The translations under genes and the position numbers were made by a program. From an uncultured Candidatus Entotheonella sp. (GTDB lineage: Bacteria; Tectomicrobia; Entotheonellia; Entotheonellales; Entotheonellaceae): 64,000 nucleotides of DNA. The DNA is taken from positions 1,280,001-1,344,000 of the forward strand of contig OZ244252.1 of the NCBI GenBank assembly GCA_965217185.1, in the 5' to 3' direction. The notes beneath the pieces were generated by a model. It was not told where the DNA came from. It made no database searches and was given only the letters and a program-made list of their open reading frames with translations. The first letter of the stretch is position 1; each line of letters opens with the position of its first letter. This document shows positions 20,542 through 28,369 of the stretch, piece after piece.

Positions 20542-21564
20542 ATGCGATTGGTCAATCCCCTGGCCCTGGTTCTCTTGGTATTGGTGCCGCTGCTGCTTTA
20601 CTTGCGTTACCGGCGCCAGCAACCGGCGGTTATATCCTACCCGACGCTACAGGACCTGCGCAGGCTGCCGCGGTCGTTCGCGGTATGGCTGCACCGTGCG
20701 CTGCCGGTCCTGCGCGCGCTGGCGCTGATCCTGTGCGTTGTGGCTCTGGCCCGGCCGCAGTGGGGGTTCGAAACCACCGAGGTGCGGCGCCAAGGCATCG
20801 CCATCGACATGGTCGTGGATACCTCCCGTAGCATGGCGGCGCAGGATTTGGAATTGGATGGCGAGGAAAGGGACCGGCTGGAGGTGGTGAAGGGAGCGTT
20901 TCGTCAGTTTGTGCGGGGTGAAGGCGAAAGTGCCGGTGGGCGTGAGGGCGATCTGATTGGCATGGTGACGTTTGCGAAATACGCTGACGGTGTCAGTCCG
21001 CTGACGCTGGATCACGATATGCTGTTGTCGCTACTCGATCAGATCGAGATCGTCACCCAGCCGGAAGACAACGGCACCTCCATTGGCGAGGCGGTTGCCT
21101 TGGGGGTGGAACGCCTGCGCCAGAGCAAAACGACGAGCAAGGTGTTGATCCTGCTGACGGACGGCAGCAATAACGCGGGGCTTACGGAGCCTGTGGAAGC
21201 GGCCCAGATTGCCAAGGCGCTGGGGATCAAGATCTACACCATCGGAACCGGTAAGCATGGGACGGCCCCTGTGGCCATGCGGACGGCTGACGGCAGGAAA
21301 GTGATTCGGCGCATGCAGGTGTCGATCGACGAAAAGACGCTCCGGCAAATTGCCCACTTGACGGGCGGGCAGTACTTTCGAGCCACGGACAGTGAAGCAT
21401 TGAAGGAAATTTATTCGGAGATCGACCGCCTGGAAAAGACTACCACGGTGGCGCAACACTACCAGCAATACATCGACTTCTTTCCCGCATTCCTGCTGTC
21501 CGGCCTGGGGCTCGTGCTGCTGGAAGCCGTGCTCGTCAACACCCGTTTGCGAACGGTTCCGTAA
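20542..21564 (+). CDS. VWA-domain membrane protein (BatA/MxaC-like)
   Basis: ALARPQWG, MIDAS DTSRSM, GTSIGEA, LLTDGSNN, TGGQYFRA, IDRLEK. Confidence 0.9.
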   Translation: MRLVNPLALVLLVLVPLLLYLRYRRQQPAVISYPTLQDLRRLPRSFAVWLHRALPVLRALALILCVVALARPQWGFETTEVRRQGIAIDMVVDTSRSMAAQDLELDGEERDRLEVVKGAFRQFVRGEGESAGGREGDLIGMVTFAKYADGVSPLTLDHDMLLSLLDQIEIVTQPEDNGTSIGEAVALGVERLRQSKTTSKVLILLTDGSNNAGLTEPVEAAQIAKALGIKIYTIGTGKHGTAPVAMRTADGRKVIRRMQVSIDEKTLRQIAHLTGGQYFRATDSEALKEIYSEIDRLEKTTTVAQHYQQYIDFFPAFLLSGLGLVLLEAVLVNTRLRTVP

Positions 21565-21585
21565 TTCCCCATCGATGGAAAGGTC

Positions 21586-21670
21586 CGTCACCTTGGCGCA
21601 GGCCGGGGTCCAAGGGTTTTGTGATGGGCTGATGGCGGGTCACGCCATTCCGGCACGCGCCGGAATGGCG
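21586..21670. repeat. REP-like element/hairpin between convergent genes
   Basis: GTCACCTTGGCGCAGGCCGGGGTCCA and CGCCATTCCGGCACGCGCCGGAATGGCG palindrome. Confidence 0.55.
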
Positions 21671-21675
21671 TTTTT

Positions 21676-22128
21676 TTACTTGCGAAGGGTATCCAACTCA
21701 AGGATAACACCGGCAGTGCCGAGCGGTACCAGTCCCGGTGTGCTGGCAAACAGCTCGCCGGGCACGACGGAGAGGACGTCGCTGTCTTTGTCGGTGAACA
21801 CCTCTACAACGTAGGATTTCCATTTGCTGCGACGGGACATGTCGAAAGTCGGCGCGATACGGAATTCAACAGGCAGGGTGAACGTAGGCGAGATTGCATA
21901 TTTTGCGTCAAGTTCGACGCCGTTTCCCGGATGGAACAGTTTGATAATCAGTCGGTCGGTGGGCGAGATGTGATGAGCGAGACCAGCGCCGATACGGATC
22001 GTTCCCTGGATCGTTTTCTTGGAATCATCAGCCGCCCAGGCGGCATTGAACAGCCATCCAACAAGTAGGCACACACCGCATACGAACCCGATTCTCGCCA
22101 ATTGAGACAGCCCTCGGTGGATTGTCAC
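21676..22128 (-). CDS. Secreted protein resembling the CcmI/CycH C-terminal Ig-like domain
   Basis: GTG start overlapping the upstream stop; signal peptide ...AAWA; IQGTIRIGAGLAHHISPTDRLII...LPVEFRI. Confidence 0.5.
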   Translation of the reverse strand: MTIHRGLSQLARIGFVCGVCLLVGWLFNAAWAADDSKKTIQGTIRIGAGLAHHISPTDRLIIKLFHPGNGVELDAKYAISPTFTLPVEFRIAPTFDMSRRSKWKSYVVEVFTDKDSDVLSVVPGELFASTPGLVPLGTAGVILELDTLRK

Positions 22129-22568
22129 TGAATGTAGATGTCCAAATTTCCGGCGTCGGTCCAACCCGTAAACTGCACGCGCGAAAAGCGGCGGTGCACT
22201 ACGTTGAGGCGCTGGTAGAACTCTACCGTGAACGCCACTTGGATCTGGCCTCCCTCCTGCCCGAGCACCCGTACCCACGGGGCCATCATGTCTTCAAGTA
22301 TTTCACCGTCGATAAAGATGCACAGGTCCTCGTCGTTCTCGTTGCGCAGTTCCTTCCGCAATGCCTGAACGTCCTTGCCGGCGCGCTGCCCCGCCGCCGC
22401 TTGCCCGTAGGCTGCCTGGCTGACGCAAACCCACGAGCCTCTGAGCAACGTGTGCGGCCGGTCATCGTCGTGGTGGCCCTGGGCGACGCCCATCAGCAGG
22501 ACGATAAGCAGCGTTGCGAGGCTTACGATATTCATACGAACCCCCACGGCCCACTCCCTTCTTGCCAC
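22125..22568 (-). CDS. Hypothetical secreted protein
   Basis: Signal peptide ...GVAQG, HHDDD, two Cys; in an operon with the cytochrome c. Confidence 0.6.
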   Translation of the reverse strand: MARREWAVGVRMNIVSLATLLIVLLMGVAQGHHDDDRPHTLLRGSWVCVSQAAYGQAAAGQRAGKDVQALRKELRNENDEDLCIFIDGEILEDMMAPWVRVLGQEGGQIQVAFTVEFYQRLNVVHRRFSRVQFTGWTDAGNLDIYIQ

Positions 22569-22570
22569 GA

Positions 22571-23029
22571 TTAGTAATCCTTCCAGTTCGCCCCGTCCAG
22601 AGCGAGCGTTTCAAGATAGACGCCAATGTAGGAAATCTGTTCGGGGTTCAGCACCCCGGCCCACGGCGGCATTTTCAACTTGGGCCTGCCGGCTATGACG
22701 ATGGATACGAACTGGCTGTAGCCGGCCCAGAAGCGGCGCAAGTCCTTGGCATAGCCGCCCCAGCGCGGGGAGATGCCGTCGGCTTTCACCCCATGGCATT
22801 GCACGCACCAAGTAAAATAGAGCTTGCCCCCTTCGAGGGCCGCGTCGCACTGCCCTGAGTAAGGATTCGACGACGGCAGCGGATTTTCAGGAAACGTCAG
22901 GGTGTTGGTTCCGTCCGTGCATTCCTCGGCAGCTAGCGCATCCGTGGGACCGTGAAGCATAAGAAAGCTCAGTACCACGAATACCGCGGCAAGAAACCAC
23001 ACCCGAGTCTTGCCCGAGTCGGTTATCAC
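22571..23029 (-). CDS. Periplasmic monoheme cytochrome c (likely acceptor of the adjacent PQQ dehydrogenase)
   Basis: Signal peptide, NPY, CVQCH, distal Met MPPW; GTG start after AAGGAG. Confidence 0.9.
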   Translation of the reverse strand: MITDSGKTRVWFLAAVFVVLSFLMLHGPTDALAAEECTDGTNTLTFPENPLPSSNPYSGQCDAALEGGKLYFTWCVQCHGVKADGISPRWGGYAKDLRRFWAGYSQFVSIVIAGRPKLKMPPWAGVLNPEQISYIGVYLETLALDGANWKDY

Positions 23030-23059
23030 GTTTGTTTCTCCTTCTCTTACGGCAAACAG

Positions 23060-23106
23060 AAAAAAACGGCGGGGCAAGAAAGCCTTGCGCTTCCAGCCCC
23101 GCCGTC
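23060..23106 (-). terminator. Intrinsic terminator after the PQQ dehydrogenase
   Basis: Minus strand ACGGCGGGGC...GCCCCGCCGT followed by a T-tract. Confidence 0.7.
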
Positions 23107-23118
23107 ATCAGCCTGTGT

Positions 23119-24909
23119 TTACGGGAGCGCGAACGTGACGAGCGCTGCGGACGACTGATAGTTGACCATCTGGTCCCCGAACAGGGCCAGCACGGCGCCG
23201 GCAACGTAGGTACCATGGCCAACTACCATGGATACGTACTGCTTGCCATCGGCGTCGTAGGAAATGATACCGCCGTTGTGGCCGGTACCGTTGTTGAAAC
23301 GCCACAGGACGTCGCCGGTTTCGGCGTCCAACGCTTCCGCATAGCCGTCCATGGTGCCGTTGAACACCAGGCCGGTTGCGGTGGACATCAGCGCCGAGTG
23401 CGGAATGATGTCATAACGCTTGTCCCAGGCCAGCTCGGCGGTCACCGGGTTACGCGCCGTGATGCGTCCGTGCGCCTTGTCGCCCGGCGGATGCGTGCCC
23501 ACCCATTCGGCAGCCATGAAGACCTGCGCGAACGGCTCGGTCACGCGCGTCTCGGTACCGAAGGAGATGGTGGTGCCGCCGCCCTCGGGGGAAACCGTCA
23601 GCCACATGCACCATTCGTTGACCACGCGATAGTGCAACCCGGTCTGCGGGTTGTACGTGCCGGCGTTCCAGCTATGGCCGCCATCGATAGCCGGGCAAAC
23701 CAACGTGCGCTCGCCAGGCTTGGGCCACAGCATGTTCTCAAACTCGCCCGTTTCCAGATTGAAACCGCTCGTCCAATTTTGGCTCTTCTGGGCCGGGTAC
23801 ACGTTCACGGGCTTGCCGCTCTTGGGCTCGTGCACGTGGTTGAAACCGTTCTTGCCAGGGTGGAGAAGCAGGGTCTGGCCGTTGTCTTCGAACAGGACGT
23901 ACTCGCCAGGAGAGGCGTCGTAGTCGTAGGGATCGCTCGGCGCTTCCTGGAAGTACCAGTTCAGCTTGCCGGTATCCAGGTCCAGGGCGATCGTGGAGGA
24001 GGTGTACAGGTTGTCACCCGGGCGCCAGCCATTGGCGTTCGGGTCGCGGCACTGATCGCCGCAATAGTCGTAGTCAGGATCCGGATTGCTCGTGCCCATC
24101 AGGATCTGGTTGTTGGTGTAATCAACGGTGCCGGGCTGCCAGGAGCCGCCGCCGCCGTACTTCCACGAGTCACCGCCCCAGGTGGCGAGGGCTGCGGGGT
24201 CGCCGCGGCCCGTGGTGTAGAAGGTCCACTTCAAATCGCCATTCTGAGGATTGAGACCGAAGATGCGCCCCTCAATCGGATACTCGCCGCCGTTCTGACC
24301 GATGACGACCAGGTCGGAATTGACGAAGGTGGCGGAGCCGCTGAAGCCCGCGGTGTCCTTTTGAGAGTTGACCAGCTTGCGGTCCCACATGATCTCGGCG
24401 GTGTTCTCGTCAATCGCCACCACGCGGCCATCGGCCAGGCCCATGTAGATACGACCGTCGCCAATGGAGGTGCCGCGGGAGTGAGCGAAAACGGAGCGCG
24501 CCACAACGGCCTCGTCCATCTCCGGTGTGAAGGCCCAGATGCGCTCACCCGTCGCGCCGTTGAGCTTCCAGATCGTGGACGGGTTGGCGGGGAGGTAAAC
24601 ATTGCCGCCGATGGCCAACGGCGTGCTGTGCAAGCCGCCATTACCGCTGCCGGTGGCGCCGCCGGGCAGGAAGATCCACGCCGGGCGGAGCTGGGACACG
24701 TTGTCCTTGGTGATCTGATCCAGCGGGCTGTGACGCCAAGCTTTATCCGTGGTGCGGTGGTACGCGCACCAGTTCTCAGCCGGGCAGTTCCGGATGCTGT
24801 CAGCGCTCGAGCTGCCATGGCTCATCGCCATCGCAGCCGGAGCCACAAACAGGCCGGCAATCGCCAGGAACGCCAGGGCCTTTCCAAATCTTCTCATTCC
24901 CTTGCACAT
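23119..24909 (-). CDS. Atypical PQQ-dependent dehydrogenase, lanthanide-type D-Y-D, no vicinal Cys-Cys
   Basis: Signal peptide; SPLDQITKDNV, GGEY, GGGSWQ, SNPDP, RPGDNLY, DPYDYD, CPAIDGGHSW, DGKQYV. Confidence 0.9.
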   Translation of the reverse strand: MCKGMRRFGKALAFLAIAGLFVAPAAMAMSHGSSSADSIRNCPAENWCAYHRTTDKAWRHSPLDQITKDNVSQLRPAWIFLPGGATGSGNGGLHSTPLAIGGNVYLPANPSTIWKLNGATGERIWAFTPEMDEAVVARSVFAHSRGTSIGDGRIYMGLADGRVVAIDENTAEIMWDRKLVNSQKDTAGFSGSATFVNSDLVVIGQNGGEYPIEGRIFGLNPQNGDLKWTFYTTGRGDPAALATWGGDSWKYGGGGSWQPGTVDYTNNQILMGTSNPDPDYDYCGDQCRDPNANGWRPGDNLYTSSTIALDLDTGKLNWYFQEAPSDPYDYDASPGEYVLFEDNGQTLLLHPGKNGFNHVHEPKSGKPVNVYPAQKSQNWTSGFNLETGEFENMLWPKPGERTLVCPAIDGGHSWNAGTYNPQTGLHYRVVNEWCMWLTVSPEGGGTTISFGTETRVTEPFAQVFMAAEWVGTHPPGDKAHGRITARNPVTAELAWDKRYDIIPHSALMSTATGLVFNGTMDGYAEALDAETGDVLWRFNNGTGHNGGIISYDADGKQYVSMVVGHGTYVAGAVLALFGDQMVNYQSSAALVTFALP

Positions 24910-25335
24910 AATCTCTCCTTAGTACAAATACCAAATTGTCGCTGAACTTCCTCCCATGCAAGGGAGGCGTCTCAACGATACTCGAATCCAATAGCCAAGC
25001 CCAACCTCAGTGTGAGTAGACTGCGGTTTATGTTTTGTCTATTGGATAGGTCGAAGGCTTATAATCATCCCACCAGCCAACCGTGTCAAGCCCGATTCCG
25101 CTTTGCCAGCCCAATTTGTGCGCTTGTTGTGAAGGTTAACCTCCGCGCCCATGGGCCAAGTCACAGTTGTGGGATACAGGCAGTAGGCTATGATGTCCAA
25201 TCGTCCCGGCGCGATTCGTTCAGCCGGGTGCGTCCTTAATTTGGACCTATTGATCTGCATGGAAAAGCCAAGCTACCCGCAACGGGTCTCCTGAGGATTA
25301 TTCAACGCTGGTAGCCCTTTGAATGGATGTGAATT

Positions 25336-26583
25336 ATGAAAAGTGCAAAGATTATCTACGACATCATTTGGATGATAATCGCGATTCTACTCGCCTCTTT
25401 CCTCACGGTCGTCTTTGATCTGCATGAGTGGCTTATCCAGTACACGCGCCCCTTCGAATCTTGGGAGCTCGATGAGACTCCCTTCTTCCTCTTTTTTGTG
25501 GCCCTGTCCTGTGCTTGGTTTGCCTATCGACGCTGCCGAGAATTGATCACGGAGATCGCCGAGCGCAGGCAGATCCAGAAGGCGCTTACGGACAGTGAAA
25601 CCCGCTACCGTACCCTGGTAGAAGCCTCGGCGCAGGGCATTTATATCTACCAGGAAGGCACCATACGGTTTGCAAACCGGGCGTTGGGCCGGCTGTTTGG
25701 CTATGAAAGCGCCGAAGCGCTGATCGGTGAGGACGTGGAACAACTCTATTCGCCCCATGAAGAGGCGCGCCTGACGGCCTACAACGCTGCCGCTTTGGCG
25801 GGCCATGCCGAGCCGCGGCGTTACGAATGGCACGGCGTGCATCGGGACGGCGCCATGCTCTGGCTCGAAAGTCTTCCGCTGCGCATCACGTGGGACGGCG
25901 CCCCGGCTTTGATGGTTACGGTGCTGGACATCACCGAACGCATTGGCAAAGAGCAAGAACGCCGCAAGATCGCTTACGACATCCACGACGGCATCGCGCA
26001 GTTGATGGTGGGTGCCCAGCACCATCTGGAGGCGTTCGATCACCTCTGGCGCGATGACGCTTCTCTGGCCGAGGATCAGTTGGGCCGCGGCCGTGCCAAG
26101 CTCCGCCAGGCGATTGTCGAAACACGACGGCTGATGACCCAACTGCGCCCAGTCAGCCTCGAAACCCTGGGTTTGATTCCTGCCGTGCAGCAGTATCTGA
26201 ACGAATTGGGCAAAGACGCTGGCTGGGAAATCGACTATCACGCCGCGGTCGCCGTCCTGAATCTCTCCCCGGATGGGGAAACCGCCCTCTTCCGCATTTT
26301 GCAAGAGGCGCTGACGAATGCCTGGAAGCATGCACAGACCTCCATGGTGCGTCTCAACCTGCATACCGAAGGCGAAAAAGACAATCTGCTGGTTGTGTGT
26401 GTCCAGGACTGGGGAATAGGTTTCGTGCCCACCCGTATCCACTCCGATGCTCAAGGTATCGGCCTTATGGGCATGCGTGAGCGCGCTCGGCAGCTGGGCG
26501 GGGTGTGCAGCATCGAGAGTCGCCCGGGCCACGGCACCACTGTGCGGCTGCGGATTCCCCTGCAGCATGGAGAAGCCGTATGA
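25336..26583 (+). CDS. Membrane PAS sensor histidine kinase (HisKA_3/NarX type)
   Basis: Two TM segments, PAS, IHDGIAQ, FRILQEALTNAWKHA, DWGIGF, GIGLMGMRER. Confidence 0.92.
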   Translation: MKSAKIIYDIIWMIIAILLASFLTVVFDLHEWLIQYTRPFESWELDETPFFLFFVALSCAWFAYRRCRELITEIAERRQIQKALTDSETRYRTLVEASAQGIYIYQEGTIRFANRALGRLFGYESAEALIGEDVEQLYSPHEEARLTAYNAAALAGHAEPRRYEWHGVHRDGAMLWLESLPLRITWDGAPALMVTVLDITERIGKEQERRKIAYDIHDGIAQLMVGAQHHLEAFDHLWRDDASLAEDQLGRGRAKLRQAIVETRRLMTQLRPVSLETLGLIPAVQQYLNELGKDAGWEIDYHAAVAVLNLSPDGETALFRILQEALTNAWKHAQTSMVRLNLHTEGEKDNLLVVCVQDWGIGFVPTRIHSDAQGIGLMGMRERARQLGGVCSIESRPGHGTTVRLRIPLQHGEAV

Positions 26584-27245
26584 GTCTGCGGGAACAGCGC
26601 CGCATTCAGGTCGTGATAGCCGACGATCACCCGGTGGTGCGGGAAGGCTTGCGGAGCATACTTGTGACGGCTGCCGATATGGAGGTTATCGGCGAGGCCG
26701 GTACGGGAGCGGAGGCAGTGGCGCAAGCGCAGGCGCTGCAGCCGGAGGTCATGCTGCTCGACATCCGCATGCCCGACGGGAACGGACTGGCAGTCCTGAA
26801 TCAGATCAAGGCGGTGTCGCCTGATACCAGCGTCATCATGGTGACCATGCACGACAACCCCGACTACATTTCCCGCGCCGTTGCAGCCGGTGCCGCCGGA
26901 TATGTGATCAAAGAGGCAAATCGCCACGAGCTCCTCACGGCAATTCGTACTGTGCTCAATCCATCGGCGGCGCCCACCCCTGTCCTGTTGAGCAAATCTC
27001 AACGGGTGCCGTTCAACGCCGCACAGACGTCGGCGCCGTCCGGCCCCGCGTCGCTTAGCCCGGTCGAACGCGAACTGCTGTTGCTGTTAGCGGATGGGCT
27101 CAGCAATAAAGAAATCAGCTTGCAGTTGCGCTGCAGCTTGGGCACCGTGAAGAACTACCTCCAGCATATTTTCACCACCCTTCAAGTTTCAGACCGCACC
27201 CGCGCGGTTGTAGAAGCTATCCGTCTCGGACTCATTGATCCGTGA
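26580..27245 (+). CDS. NarL/LuxR-family response regulator
   Basis: ADDHPVVREG, LDIRMP, C-terminal HTH GLSNKEI...TVKNY. Confidence 0.93.
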   Translation: MSLREQRRIQVVIADDHPVVREGLRSILVTAADMEVIGEAGTGAEAVAQAQALQPEVMLLDIRMPDGNGLAVLNQIKAVSPDTSVIMVTMHDNPDYISRAVAAGAAGYVIKEANRHELLTAIRTVLNPSAAPTPVLLSKSQRVPFNAAQTSAPSGPASLSPVERELLLLLADGLSNKEISLQLRCSLGTVKNYLQHIFTTLQVSDRTRAVVEAIRLGLIDP

Positions 27246-27448
27246 GATTGTAGCCACTTGGCCACAACGTCTTGGCCAGATGGCTTCATTGCGGATTTGC
27301 GCCCTCTTTCGCCGTTGCCGATTCATCACAGACATGGGTATATGGTGATGCAGGAAGCCGCTTTAACTCTTGACTGCGCGCTTCGGGAAGGTGTGAGGAA
27401 ATCGCTCAGACGCGGGCTGTGTGCTGATACCCTCAAATACTCATTCCG

Positions 27449-27504
27449 GCGCAAATCCTTTGCGTTCGGGAAGCTACCGGACTCCGGCTTCTACCGGAAT
27501 GACG
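27449..27504. repeat. REP-like palindrome upstream of the metal ABC operon
   Basis: TCATTCCGG...CCGGAATGA inverted repeat. Confidence 0.45.
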
Positions 27505-27596
27505 AGAACAGGCGGTCCGAGCCGATACCGTCAGAGGTTGCGGACTTGGGCAGATTTGTTCTGATCTTCCCCTAAAACGGAGTGCGTGGGCGAGCG

Positions 27597-28349
27597 ATGA
27601 GCGAATGTTTGACTGACATACGGGATGCCAACTTCGGGTACGGCCGCACAAGTGTCTTGCAAGGGGTGCAATTCTCCCTTGCGGCGGGAGATTTCGTCGG
27701 CCTTGTCGGACCCAACGGCGCCGGCAAGACCACCTTGTTGCGCGGCTTGTTGGGCCTGATCAGGCCGCAGCGTGGAGAGAGGCGGATCAACCCTCCTGAC
27801 GGCGCTGCCGACGTGGTATTCGGCTACGTGCCGCAGGAAAAGGCGGTTGATCCGTTTTTCCCGTTGTCGGTGCTGGACGTTGTGCTCATGGGGCGTTACC
27901 GGCTGCTCGGGCCGGGCCGGCGTCCGATGCTGGTGGACCGGCGTGCGGCACTGGTGTGTCTTGGCCACGTGCAGCTTGAGCATCTCGCTGACGCATCCTT
28001 TCAGGATTTGTCAGGCGGTCAGAAACAGCGGGTCCTTCTGGCCCGTGCTTTGGCCACCGAGCCGCACGTCCTGGTGCTCGATGAACCGACTAGCGCCATG
28101 GACCTGGCAGCTGAAAAACGGCTCATGGCCGTCATCAGCGAGCAGCACGAGGCCCGAGGGCTGACGGTCATGCTGGCAACACACGACTTGAACCTGATCG
28201 GGCGTTACGCCTCCAAAATTGCCATTGTCGCGGCTGGGCAGGTCATTAGCGGCTCGCCAGCGGAACTTTTGCAAACCCGGCAACTCAGTGAGGTATACGG
28301 CGTCGAGTTGCAGGTGCACGAAGTCCAGGGCCGGCGGTTAATCGTCTGA
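27597..28349 (+). CDS. Metal ABC transporter ATP-binding protein (ZnuC-like)
   Basis: GPNGAGKTT, GYVPQ, LSGGQKQR, LDEPT, THD. Confidence 0.93.
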   Translation: MSECLTDIRDANFGYGRTSVLQGVQFSLAAGDFVGLVGPNGAGKTTLLRGLLGLIRPQRGERRINPPDGAADVVFGYVPQEKAVDPFFPLSVLDVVLMGRYRLLGPGRRPMLVDRRAALVCLGHVQLEHLADASFQDLSGGQKQRVLLARALATEPHVLVLDEPTSAMDLAAEKRLMAVISEQHEARGLTVMLATHDLNLIGRYASKIAIVAAGQVISGSPAELLQTRQLSEVYGVELQVHEVQGRRLIV

Positions 28350-28369
28350 GGATGCGGGGAGTCAACGCG

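Noticed and set aside
23032..24945. 637-aa plus-strand ORF
   Set aside because: Antisense shadow of the PQQ dehydrogenase
27258..27596. Possible metal riboswitch or 105-aa ORF upstream of the ABC operon
   Set aside because: No recognisable riboswitch consensus; the structure is explained by a REP-like palindrome and the ORF has no motifs
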